Below are positions 25,812-34,369 of a DNA stretch of 42,921 bases, in pieces. Source of the stretch: Candidatus Omnitrophota bacterium (GTDB lineage: Bacteria > Omnitrophota > Omnitrophia > Omnitrophales > Aquincolibacteriaceae); contig JAZDJU010000129.1 in NCBI GenBank assembly GCA_043803685.1, forward strand, positions 1-42,921, read 5' to 3'. Below the pieces are notes generated by a model that was not told the origin of the DNA, made no database searches, and saw only the letters and a program-made list of their open reading frames with translations. The translations under genes were made by a program, and so were the position numbers. Every line of letters begins with the position of its first letter. The stretch's first letter is position 1.

Positions 25812-28490
25812 TTATTTCTTCTGCCGAAGAACCGCTTGAGCCGCCGCGAGTCTGGCGATCGGAACACGGTAAGGCGAACAGCTGACGTAATTCATCCCGA
25901 CCTTGTTACAGAAAGCGATCGAACTGGGATCCCCGCCGTGCTCGCCGCAAATACCGATCTTCAGGTCCTTCTTCGTTTTACGGCCTTTCTCCACAGCAAG
26001 TTGAATCAAAGATCCAACGCCTTCTTCGTCGATCGACTGGAACACGTCTTTTTCGTAGATCCCCTGGTCGAGATACGCGCCCATGAAGGAACCCGAATCG
26101 TCACGCGAAAAGCCAAGCGTCATCTGCGTGAGATCGTTCGTACCGAATGAGAAGAACTCGGCGATCTCCGCGACGCGGTCCGCCGTAAGCGCCGCCCGGG
26201 GCACTTCGATCATGGTTCCGATCATGTACTCGACCTTGGTTCCCTTTTCCGCGAAGACCTTGTTGATGGTCTCAATGGAGAGGTCCTTCAGGATCTCGAG
26301 TTCCTTTTTGGTCCCGACGAGCGGGATCATGATCTCAGGAACGATCTTCGTGCCCTTCTTCTTCAGATTGCAAGCCGCTTCGATAATGGCACGGACCTGC
26401 ATGGCATAGATCTCAGGATACGTGATCCCAAGACGGCAGCCGCGGTGACCGAGCATCGGATTGAATTCGTGAAGCGCTTCAACCTTCTGCTTGACCACTT
26501 CGACCGGCACCTTCATAACGTCCGCCATTTCCTGCTGATTCGCGGCTTCCTGAGGAAGGAACTCGTGAAGCGGCGGGTCCAGAAGACGGATCGTCACAGG
26601 AAAACCTTTCATCGCTTCGAAGATCCCTTCGAAATCCCCGCGCTGCATCGGCAGGAGCTTGGAGAGGGCCTTCTCACGACCGGCTAGGTCGTTGGCCAAG
26701 ATCATCTCACGAACGGCGATGATACGATCCCCTTCGAAGAACATGTGTTCCGTGCGGCAAAGACCGATCCCCTCGGCGCCAAAACGGCGGGCCACTTCCG
26801 CGTCGTGCGGGGTGTCCCCGTTCGTACGAACCTTGAGCTTGCGGGCCTCATCCGCCCACTTCATCAAGGTCGCAAAATCGCCTGAAAGCTTGGATTCGAT
26901 GGTGCTGAGTTTGCCGACATAGACCTGCCCCAAACTGCCGTCGAGAGAAATAAAATCCCCCTCTTTCACAACCACTTTTCCGGCTGTAAATTGGCGGGTC
27001 TTGTAATCGATCTGGATATCACTGACACCGGCCACACAGCATTTCCCCATGCCACGAGCCACGACCGCCGCGTGAGAGGTCATACCACCGCGCGCTGTCA
27101 AAATACCTTTCGCGACGTTCATACCGCCAATATCCTCCGGCGAGGTCTCGATACGAACCAGAATCACCGCTTCACCTTTTTTCGCCCAAGCTTCGGCGTC
27201 CTCAGCGGTAAACACCACCTTCCCGGTCGCGGCGCCCGGAGAAGCAGGCAACCCCTTCGCGATGACATCTTTTTTCTGTTTCGGATCGAATGTCGGGTGG
27301 AGCAACTGATCCAACTGCTTGGGGTCCACCCTCAAGAGGGCCTGATCCCGGCTCAGCACTTTTTCTTTCACAAGCTCGACTGCGACACGAACAGCGGCTG
27401 CGGCGGTCCGCTTGCCGTTCCGGGTCTGAAGGATGTAGAGCTTCCCTTCCTGGATCGTGAACTCGATGTCCTGCATGTCCTTGTAATGTTTCTCAAGGCG
27501 CAGGCGGAGAGCATCCAGCTGTTTGTAGACCGACGGCCATTTTTCGGCAAGCACCGCGATCGGTTCCGGCGTACGGATACCGGCCACGACGTCTTCGCCC
27601 TGGGCGTTGATCAGATATTCGCCGTAGAACTTGTTCTCGCCGGTCGAAGGATTGCGCGTAAAGCAAACACCCGTGCCGGAGGTGTCGCCCATGTTCCCGA
27701 ACACCATGGCCTGAATGTTCACGGCCGTTCCGAGAAGGCCGCGGATCTCATTGATCTGGCGATACTTGATCGCGCGAGGATTGTTCCACGAATTGAATAC
27801 GGCATTCGTCGCTTTCATAAGCTGTTCGAAAGGATCCTGAGGGAATTCTTCCTTCGTGTGATCCAGATAGATCTTCTTGTACTGGCGCACCACGTCTTTG
27901 AGGTCATTGGCGTTAAGCTCGGTGTCCGTCTTCGCGCCCACCTGCTGTTTTTTCTTTTCTAGCACGTGTTCGAAATCATCATGGGGCACTTCCATCACGA
28001 CGTCGCCGAACATCTGGATGAAACGGCGATAGGAATCCCACGCAAAACGCTCGTTCTCCGTCTTGACGATCAACCCCTGCACCACCTCGGAATTGAGACC
28101 GAGGTTCAGCACGGTGTCCATCATGCCCGGCATCGAAGCCGCGGCGCCGGAACGGATGGAAACGAGGAGCGGATTGTTCCGGTCCCCGAGCTTGAGCCCC
28201 ATGGCCTTCTCGAGCTTCGCGACATTTTCGCGCACTTGCTCTTCAAGACCCGCGGGCCACTTTTTGCCGTTCTTGTTGTAAAGATCGCACGTCTCGGTCG
28301 TGATCGTGAAACCGGCCGGAACAGGAATGCCGATATTCGTCATTTCGGCGAGATTCGCGCCTTTGCCGCCCAAGAGTTCCTTCATCTTGGCGTCGCCTTC
28401 GGCTTTTCCATTCCCGAAGAAATAAACGTATTTAGAACACTTGGATTTAGACTTACCTTTTGAAGATTTCTTGCATGTCGCGGTACCCAT
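25812..28490 (-). CDS. ppdK: Pyruvate, phosphate dikinase
   Basis: LLGGKGANLAEM, SIRSGAAASMPGMMDTVLNLG, GGMTSHAAVVARG, GIGLCRTEHMF, FSFGTNDLTQ, GICGEHGG. Confidence 0.98.
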   Translation of the reverse strand: MGTATCKKSSKGKSKSKCSKYVYFFGNGKAEGDAKMKELLGGKGANLAEMTNIGIPVPAGFTITTETCDLYNKNGKKWPAGLEEQVRENVAKLEKAMGLKLGDRNNPLLVSIRSGAAASMPGMMDTVLNLGLNSEVVQGLIVKTENERFAWDSYRRFIQMFGDVVMEVPHDDFEHVLEKKKQQVGAKTDTELNANDLKDVVRQYKKIYLDHTKEEFPQDPFEQLMKATNAVFNSWNNPRAIKYRQINEIRGLLGTAVNIQAMVFGNMGDTSGTGVCFTRNPSTGENKFYGEYLINAQGEDVVAGIRTPEPIAVLAEKWPSVYKQLDALRLRLEKHYKDMQDIEFTIQEGKLYILQTRNGKRTAAAAVRVAVELVKEKVLSRDQALLRVDPKQLDQLLHPTFDPKQKKDVIAKGLPASPGAATGKVVFTAEDAEAWAKKGEAVILVRIETSPEDIGGMNVAKGILTARGGMTSHAAVVARGMGKCCVAGVSDIQIDYKTRQFTAGKVVVKEGDFISLDGSLGQVYVGKLSTIESKLSGDFATLMKWADEARKLKVRTNGDTPHDAEVARRFGAEGIGLCRTEHMFFEGDRIIAVREMILANDLAGREKALSKLLPMQRGDFEGIFEAMKGFPVTIRLLDPPLHEFLPQEAANQQEMADVMKVPVEVVKQKVEALHEFNPMLGHRGCRLGITYPEIYAMQVRAIIEAACNLKKKGTKIVPEIMIPLVGTKKELEILKDLSIETINKVFAEKGTKVEYMIGTMIEVPRAALTADRVAEIAEFFSFGTNDLTQMTLGFSRDDSGSFMGAYLDQGIYEKDVFQSIDEEGVGSLIQLAVEKGRKTKKDLKIGICGEHGGDPSSIAFCNKVGMNYVSCSPYRVPIARLAAAQAVLRQKK

Positions 28491-28595
28491 GGTTCGCTCC
28501 TTTTCACTTCTTGTTGTTTTGATAGATTACGGACAATTACAAAAAACCACCCACTAAAGGACCTTCAGGGGGACTTACGAAGAGCGCGGATTATA

Positions 28596-30695
28596 TCACT
28601 CTTCGTCGATTCTGGATAGCACCGAAAGATCGGCGACCTCTGCGACATAAAGGCCCTTCACCTCCGCAATAAGCGCCATCCGATTCCCGCGTACTGTAGC
28701 ATCCTCCGCGTTCACGAGGACATGGTCGAAGAAATCGTTCAAGGGCGCTGAGAAAACATCCGCGAAGATCCGGGTCGCCTTCGCATACTCCCCCGCTTCG
28801 ACAGGCCCGGTGACATCTTGGGCCTTTGTACGCAATAATTCAAAAAGCTTCTTCTCGGCAGCTTCCACTAAAAGCTCTTCCTTCGGTTGGCCGGTCGTTC
28901 CTTGATAACCCTTCAGCATATTCGCCGTCCTTTGGATCACTTTGGCCGCCTTGATCAGAACCTTTTCATCCATTCGAGCCAACGCATCAAACCGTTTAAA
29001 CACATCCGCAATTTCCTCGAAAGAAGAACGCATCACCGCCTGAAGGATCTCAAAAGACCGCGTCCCGGCTTTGACGCCTAATTCGAACGACACGCGCTCT
29101 TGCAGGAATCGAATGAGTCTCGACTTCAGATCTTCTTTCTTGGTCAACTTATCACCGTAGCATTTCATGTCTGTCTCGATGAACTGCCCCAGAGAAAAAG
29201 AGATGCCGAACGCCCGGACAAGCTTCACGACGATGCCGCCCGCCCGACGTAGGGCAAAGGGATCCTGACTTCCCGTAGGTTCAATGCCCGAGCCCAAGGC
29301 CCCGACCAAAAGGTCCAGGCGATCCATGATCCCAAAGAGCGCTCCGAGAAGGCTCATGGACTTTGCAACCTTTGCGTGATCTTCCGTAAGATTTCTGGGG
29401 AGATATTGAGTCCCGATCGCCGCCGCAACCTCGTCCTTTTCCTTGGCTTCCCGGGCATATTCACGGCCTACGATGCCCTGGAGGTCCGGCATTTCATAAA
29501 CAAGATGGGTCACGAGATCGATCTTGGAAAGTGTGGCAACGCGCGCAAGATCCTGGCCGAGTTCCTTTTTCCCGATCGCCGCCGCGAACTCGGGGGCCAT
29601 TTTCTCAAGCCGCTCGGTCTTATCAAGAACGGAACCGAGTTTCCCAAGATATACGAGCTGAGCGAGCACGGATTTTTTATTTTCGAATGATTCGCGCGTA
29701 TCCATCTCGTAGAAATAACGGGCGTCCTTGAGCCGGGAGTCGAGAACGTTCTCGTAATCCGCACGGATCTTCGCGAGGCCATTGCGTTTGCCGTTCATGA
29801 CCGCGACGAATTGGTTTTTCATTCTTCCCTTGGCGTCCGAGCAGGCAAAAACCTTCTGGTTCTTCTTCATACAGCTCGCCAGCACTTCCGCGGGAAGCTC
29901 GAGATATTCCTGGGAAAAAGTCCCGGACAGAAAAAAAGGCTCCTCAACAAGCTGGGCATTCATATGCGCCAGTTCTTCATCACACTGCTTCTGCCCAAAA
30001 CGGTTCTTAAGAGCTCCCAAGACAAGATCCTCGCGCGTCTTGATCGGTAAAAAGACATGTTTCTTCTTGAGAAGCGCGACGTAGGCCTTCCAGTCGGCCT
30101 TCGGGATCACGAAACTCTGGGGCGAAAGAAAGCGGTGGCCAAAGCTCTTATTGCCGGACTTTACGTCGGCGAGCGTGAGCGGCACTTTTTGGGCGTCCAT
30201 TAGGACGACCAACCACCGGATGGGCCGCGGGAAACGGAACCCCGAAGCTTCCCAACGCATCAGTTTCGGGAATGAAAGCGAAGCAAGAAGCCCTTTGATC
30301 AGATCCGGGAGAAGGGCCGTCACGGCTACGCCTTTTTCTTTCTTCTTCAGAAAGATGAATTTCCCCTTGGGAGTTTCTCTGACTTCGATGTCTTTTTCAG
30401 TCGCTTGTTTACTCCGAAGGAATCCCTGCAGCACCGGCGTGGGTTTTCCCTGGGGATCATAACATTTCTCATGAGAGGGGCCCGAGATCTCAAGCTCCCG
30501 GTCCGGTTGCATCGAGGCAATGCCCTGGACAAAGAGCGCGATGCGACGAGGAGTCGCTTCGACCTTGACCTCTTCAAAAGTGACGCGTTCATCCGTCAAC
30601 TTTTGGCGCGTCTTCGCCGCCAGCTCGTCATAGATAACATCCAAAGTGCCGACGGGCAGCTCTTCAACGCCGATCTCGATCAATAAATTAGGCAT
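28596..30695 (-). CDS. glyS: Glycine--tRNA ligase beta subunit
   Basis: [21 protein letters not shown]...[42 protein letters not shown]...NR. Confidence 0.96.
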   Translation of the reverse strand: MPNLLIEIGVEELPVGTLDVIYDELAAKTRQKLTDERVTFEEVKVEATPRRIALFVQGIASMQPDRELEISGPSHEKCYDPQGKPTPVLQGFLRSKQATEKDIEVRETPKGKFIFLKKKEKGVAVTALLPDLIKGLLASLSFPKLMRWEASGFRFPRPIRWLVVLMDAQKVPLTLADVKSGNKSFGHRFLSPQSFVIPKADWKAYVALLKKKHVFLPIKTREDLVLGALKNRFGQKQCDEELAHMNAQLVEEPFFLSGTFSQEYLELPAEVLASCMKKNQKVFACSDAKGRMKNQFVAVMNGKRNGLAKIRADYENVLDSRLKDARYFYEMDTRESFENKKSVLAQLVYLGKLGSVLDKTERLEKMAPEFAAAIGKKELGQDLARVATLSKIDLVTHLVYEMPDLQGIVGREYAREAKEKDEVAAAIGTQYLPRNLTEDHAKVAKSMSLLGALFGIMDRLDLLVGALGSGIEPTGSQDPFALRRAGGIVVKLVRAFGISFSLGQFIETDMKCYGDKLTKKEDLKSRLIRFLQERVSFELGVKAGTRSFEILQAVMRSSFEEIADVFKRFDALARMDEKVLIKAAKVIQRTANMLKGYQGTTGQPKEELLVEAAEKKLFELLRTKAQDVTGPVEAGEYAKATRIFADVFSAPLNDFFDHVLVNAEDATVRGNRMALIAEVKGLYVAEVADLSVLSRIDEE

Positions 30696-31587
30696 GTTTA
30701 CTTTTTCTTTGTTTAATCAATGGAAAATTCTGAGCCTTACGACTTTCAAGATACCCTTCCGCGCAGCGACGGGCCAGGGCCCGAACCCGGGCGATGAACC
30801 GGGGGCGTTCGTTCACGCTCACGGCACCGCGGGCATCCAGTAAATTGAAAATGTGCGATGTCTTGAGACAGCAATCATAGGCTGGCAAGACCATTCCGCC
30901 ATCTAGCAAACGCGCGGCTTGTTTTTCGTAGTCCTCAAAGTGGCGACGGTAGATCTCGGGATCCGATCCTTCGAAATTAAATTTTGAAAATTCCTTCTCG
31001 CCCTGAAGATGGACATCACCGTAGGTGACCTGGTCATTCCACTGGATGTCAAAAAGAGAATCCTTCTGCTGAAGGAACATGGCAATGCGTTCGAGACCGT
31101 AAGTGATCTCACAGGAGATCATCTCGAGATCGATCGAACCGCACTGCTGAAAATAAGTGAATTGCGTGATCTCAAGACTGTCGAGCCACACTTCCCATCC
31201 GAGGCCCCACGCGCCAAGCGTCGGGGATTCCCAGTCGTCCTCCACAAAACGAATATCATGCGCGAGAGGATCAATGCCGACCGCACGAAGGCTGTTCAGA
31301 TAAAGTTCCTGAGGATTCCCGGGAGACGGTTTCAAAATGACCTGGTATTGATAGTATTGCTGGGTCCGGTGCGGATTTTCGCCATAGCGACCATCCGTGG
31401 GTCTCCGGGAAGGCTCGACATAAGCGGCCTTCCAGGGCTCGGGACCCAAGGCACGGAGAAATGTGTGGGGAGAAAAAGTGCCGGCGCCAACCTCAAGGTC
31501 ATAGGGTTGCATCACAAGGCAACCCTGCTTCGCCCAGTAATCATTTAAATTTTGTATTAACTCTTGGAACGTCAAAGGTTTAGGCAT
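30688..31587 (-). CDS. glyQ: Glycine--tRNA ligase alpha subunit
   Basis: [60 protein letters not shown]. Confidence 0.98.
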   Translation of the reverse strand: MPKPLTFQELIQNLNDYWAKQGCLVMQPYDLEVGAGTFSPHTFLRALGPEPWKAAYVEPSRRPTDGRYGENPHRTQQYYQYQVILKPSPGNPQELYLNSLRAVGIDPLAHDIRFVEDDWESPTLGAWGLGWEVWLDSLEITQFTYFQQCGSIDLEMISCEITYGLERIAMFLQQKDSLFDIQWNDQVTYGDVHLQGEKEFSKFNFEGSDPEIYRRHFEDYEKQAARLLDGGMVLPAYDCCLKTSHIFNLLDARGAVSVNERPRFIARVRALARRCAEGYLESRKAQNFPLIKQRKSKHA

Positions 31588-31640
31588 CGTCTTCTATGAA
31601 AGATTTAAGCAGGTTCAATGAGCTTCTTTAAAGAGGCGGC

Positions 31641-31669
31641 ATTGTAACAAAAACCCTCTGACGAATCAA
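31641..31669 (-). promoter_or_regulatory. sigma70-type promoter for glyQ-glyS
   Basis: Minus strand TTGATT (31669-31664), 17 nt, TACAAT (31646-31641) with extended-10 TG. Confidence 0.55.
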
Positions 31670-31703
31670 GTTATGGGGGGGGGGAACCTTTAAGCCTTCT
31701 GTA

Positions 31704-31724
31704 TTTGAGATCTCAAATCTGAAA
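31704..31724. repeat. Heptamer array (TYTSARA) downstream of the four-helix-bundle gene
   Basis: TTTGAGA TCTCAAA TCTGAAA, 2 nt from the TAG stop. Confidence 0.75.
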
Positions 31725-31726
31725 TT

Positions 31727-32206
31727 CTAGCGCTGCGGCTGATAATATTGCCTGAGAGTTTCCTCGAACGCCTTCCGGCTTTTTCCTTGTTCAAAAATCG
31801 ACTTCGTCTGATCATTAAGATATCTTTGCCCGCGTATCGGGGTATTCTGAAGTGACGCCGACCAGCCCCGGATCTGGCGTGAGATCGCTTCGGCGACTGA
31901 TCTCAAATTTGAGATTTCAGATCTGAGATCATTCAAAACGTCGAGACGTTCCATCACCCACAGGATAGAACGCACCTCTCCGGCAGAACCCCGCGCGTAA
32001 TAAAGGAACGAAATCAGCTCCTGCGTCGTCCCGCGTTCGAATCCTTCTGCGATATTGTTCGATATGGAAAGCCCGGCACGCTGGATCTGGTTCGAAATAT
32101 CTCCGAGCCCGAGAAATCGTTTGTCCCGGGTCATTTTAAAAATGGACGCCGCCAGGCTGATACTGTCTTTCCAGACCGGGAGATCTTCAAAGCGTTCGAA
32201 TTTCAC
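31727..32206 (-). CDS. Four helix bundle protein (TIGR02436 / 23S rRNA IVP / Avd-like family)
   Basis: GTG 32206 after AAGGAG; FEDLPVWK...QIQRAGLSISNNIAEGFERGT...FLYYARGSAGEVRS. Confidence 0.93.
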   Translation of the reverse strand: MKFERFEDLPVWKDSISLAASIFKMTRDKRFLGLGDISNQIQRAGLSISNNIAEGFERGTTQELISFLYYARGSAGEVRSILWVMERLDVLNDLRSEISNLRSVAEAISRQIRGWSASLQNTPIRGQRYLNDQTKSIFEQGKSRKAFEETLRQYYQPQR

Positions 32207-32227
32207 CTGGATAGCTCCTTCCTCGAA

Positions 32228-32262
32228 TTTCAAATCTCAAATTTAAAATTTCAGATTTGAAA
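32228..32262. repeat. Heptamer array (TYTSARA) upstream of the four-helix-bundle gene
   Basis: TTTCAAA TCTCAAA TTTAAAA TTTCAGA TTTGAAA; contains the stop codon of the upstream gene. Confidence 0.85.
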
Positions 32263-32577
32263 TGACCCGAGGTGGCACTTCTTGAGTTTTTCAAGGACTG
32301 TCAATGCTTCCTGTCGCTCTTGGCAAACAGGATCGGCCTGCAAGGCCACCAACATCAGAAGCTCACGGAGTAATTCCTGGGCGGAGATCATTCGGTCTGT
32401 CTCCATGCCGGCCTGTTCAATGGCCGCGTAGAGAATGGATTTTACGGCATGGACATTGCCGTAATCACGGTCAGCTCCCTCTTCACGAAGGAAGCGACCA
32501 GTTCTGTCCACGACCTTCGCAAGACACCGGCGATAACCGTTTTCTATGTTTAGAGTCTTTTGCAGTTCCACTGTCAC
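32251..32577 (-). CDS. Hypothetical protein
   Basis: GTG 32577 after GGAGGGG; helical ~108 aa; no family recognised. Confidence 0.55.
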   Translation of the reverse strand: MTVELQKTLNIENGYRRCLAKVVDRTGRFLREEGADRDYGNVHAVKSILYAAIEQAGMETDRMISAQELLRELLMLVALQADPVCQERQEALTVLEKLKKCHLGSFQI

Positions 32578-32600
32578 TTGATTTCCCCTCCAGGTCCGGA

Positions 32601-32650
32601 ACGCAAAAGAAACGGCCCCGGGATCCCCCCTCGGGACTGCCTCTTTGCGT
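32601..32650 (-). terminator. Probable intrinsic terminator after comEA
   Basis: GC-rich stem (GAGGCAGTCCCGA / CGGGGCCGTTTC with G-U pairs) followed by TTTT on the minus strand, 6 nt after the comEA stop. Confidence 0.5.
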
Positions 32651-32656
32651 ACAGCC

Positions 32657-32998
32657 TTAGACCATGACCTGGTCTTTAATGCGCTGCAACTTGTTACCCC
32701 CAATGCCCTGAACCTTCGTCAGATCATCGATCGTTTTGAACGCGCCGTTCTTATCGCGATGCTCAATGATCCGCTTGGCCATGACAGGACCGATCCCCCG
32801 GACCTTGATCAGTTCCTCCACGGTGGCTTTGTTGACATTCACCATCACCGTGGGTTGGGCCTGATCTTGGAGTTGCAGGGTCGCCTTGGGTTGACCCGCC
32901 AGCACTTTTTCCGCGGCGATCATAGAAAGACCTCCGAAAAAGAACGTGGCGATGACCAGGACCCCCAAGGCCCTCTTCACTTCTGTTCTATACTTCAT
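32657..32998 (-). CDS. comEA: ComEA-family helix-hairpin-helix DNA receptor
   Basis: Signal peptide; VNVNKATVEELIKVRGIGPVMAKRIIEHRDKNGAFKTIDDLTKVQGIG. Confidence 0.9.
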   Translation of the reverse strand: MKYRTEVKRALGVLVIATFFFGGLSMIAAEKVLAGQPKATLQLQDQAQPTVMVNVNKATVEELIKVRGIGPVMAKRIIEHRDKNGAFKTIDDLTKVQGIGGNKLQRIKDQVMV

Positions 32999-33017
32999 TG
33001 TGACACCTCCTTTTTTT

Positions 33018-33138
33018 ATGTTACCGGGAAGGTAACATGAATATGATTATTTGTCAACATAGATTTAATAATAATCATATTAAGTTTTATTCATTTTTGT
33101 TATATTCAGCTTGACGAAGATCCCCTTTCGCTTACAAT
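33018..33138. promoter_or_regulatory. Divergent promoters (comEA / XRE regulator) with two inverted repeats
   Basis: Minus: TTGACA (33057-33052), 17 nt, TACCTT. Plus: TTGACG (33111-33116), 16 nt, TACAAT (33133-33138). Inverted repeats ATGTTACC/GGTAACAT and AATATGATTATT/AATAATCATATT. Confidence 0.65.
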
Positions 33139-33144
33139 ACACCT

Positions 33145-33699
33145 ATGTTAAAGAACCTAGGGCAACGTATACGAACGCTTCGCAGAGAAAAAGGGCTCAC
33201 CTTGGTCGAGATCTCCCAAAAGACCGGGATCGCCCAAGCCACCCTTTCCCGCATCGAGACCGGCACGATGATCGGCACGGTCGAAAGCCACGAAAAGATC
33301 GCCGAAACACTCGGCATCGGGCTTTCAGAGCTTTACACCGGAGTGGATCGCCGCTACGAGCAGATCAGCCATCAAGCCAAAGAAGCGCGTACGGCCACCC
33401 ATCACACCAAGGAAGTTCACGTCGAAGTGCTCACACAGGAAAGCTCCAAGAAGAAGATCACCCCCCTTCTCTTAACATTGCAAGGTGGCGGCAAAACGGA
33501 GAAGGAACACAACGAGCGAGGCGTGGAAAAATTCGTGTGGGTCCTTGACGGGCACATCAAGATCAAGCTCGAGAATCAGGAATACGACCTCAAAGCCCAA
33601 GAAACTCTCTACTTCGACGCCTCGTTCCCACACCAAATCATGAACGAAGGCCAGAAAGCCGCCAAAGTCTTCATCGCCGTCTCACCTTCCAAGATCTAG
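33145..33699 (+). CDS. XRE-family HTH + cupin transcriptional regulator
   Basis: LGQRIRTLRREKGLTLVEISQKTGIAQATLSRIETG; cupin EKFVWVLDG...LYFDASFPH. Confidence 0.92.
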   Translation: MLKNLGQRIRTLRREKGLTLVEISQKTGIAQATLSRIETGTMIGTVESHEKIAETLGIGLSELYTGVDRRYEQISHQAKEARTATHHTKEVHVEVLTQESSKKKITPLLLTLQGGGKTEKEHNERGVEKFVWVLDGHIKIKLENQEYDLKAQETLYFDASFPHQIMNEGQKAAKVFIAVSPSKI

Positions 33700-33731
33700 A
33701 TTCAGACCTACAGCTCAAAGACGTCAAAAAC

Positions 33732-34055
33732 TTAAGGGGCGACTTCTGTCGATATCCAATCCAGGTAGGATCTGCTGCCTTGAGTGATAGGAAGACAAAC
33801 GATCTCGGGAACTTCGTAGGGATGATTTTCCAGGAGGACCTTTTCGAGCTTCTTGTAATGCGAGTATCGCGTCTTGATAAGGAGAAGCACTTCTTTGGAG
33901 GTTTCTTTTTTGCCGCGCCAGCGGTAATGGGCCTCCATTCCGGGAAAGATCTGGACGCATGCCGCAAGCCGTTTAGAAACTAAAAGGCCCGCGAGCGTGC
34001 GGGCCTTTTGAATCCCTGGAACCGTGCTGAGAACGCAACAATACTTCACGTTCAC
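33732..34055 (-). CDS. cutA: Divalent-cation tolerance protein CutA
   Basis: LVSKRLAACVQI, YRWRG, E.LLLIKT, HPYEVPEI, YLDWI. Confidence 0.95.
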   Translation of the reverse strand: MNVKYCCVLSTVPGIQKARTLAGLLVSKRLAACVQIFPGMEAHYRWRGKKETSKEVLLLIKTRYSHYKKLEKVLLENHPYEVPEIVCLPITQGSRSYLDWISTEVAP

Positions 34056-34058
34056 AAA

Positions 34059-34262
34059 CTATTTTCGGTTCAATGTCGCCATATAACCACTTTCGGGAGT
34101 CCCCAAAGTGATATGACCTTCGCGGGCAAGCCATCCGAGGCTCATCAACACAAGCTCGCGAGGACGTTTTAAACCTTTGGTAAGATCATCTGCAGTGGCA
34201 TTTTTCTTATCGTCAAGGAAATGCCAAATCTCTCCGGCGACAATTCCGATTTCCATGATCAT
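34059..34262 (-). CDS. Small winged-helix protein (DUF2582-like)
   Basis: IGIVAGEIWHFL...LMSLGWLAREGHI. Confidence 0.85.
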   Translation of the reverse strand: MIMEIGIVAGEIWHFLDDKKNATADDLTKGLKRPRELVLMSLGWLAREGHITLGTPESGYMATLNRK

Positions 34263-34369
34263 GGGGAGGCTCCTTTTGAGACTGAATTTGTATCAACACT
34301 CACAATATAACAAGAAATGATTTCATTTAAAAGAACTTTATTGTTTCTCCTTTAAGCGAACGATCGCGC

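Noticed and set aside
18991..27962. Long plus-strand ORFs (e.g. 18991-20295, 24173-25633, 26991-27962; likewise 8250-9371, 11498-12286, 3013-3723)
   Set aside because: Antisense shadows of well-supported minus-strand genes; no recognisable motifs.
31727..32206. Diversity-generating retroelement or 23S rRNA intervening sequence
   Set aside because: The protein is Avd/IVP-like, but I see no reverse transcriptase, no TR/VR pair differing at adenines and no rRNA sequence in the window.
33700..33731. Possible heptamer array between the XRE and cutA stops
   Set aside because: Could not place the units in a consistent 7-nt register.
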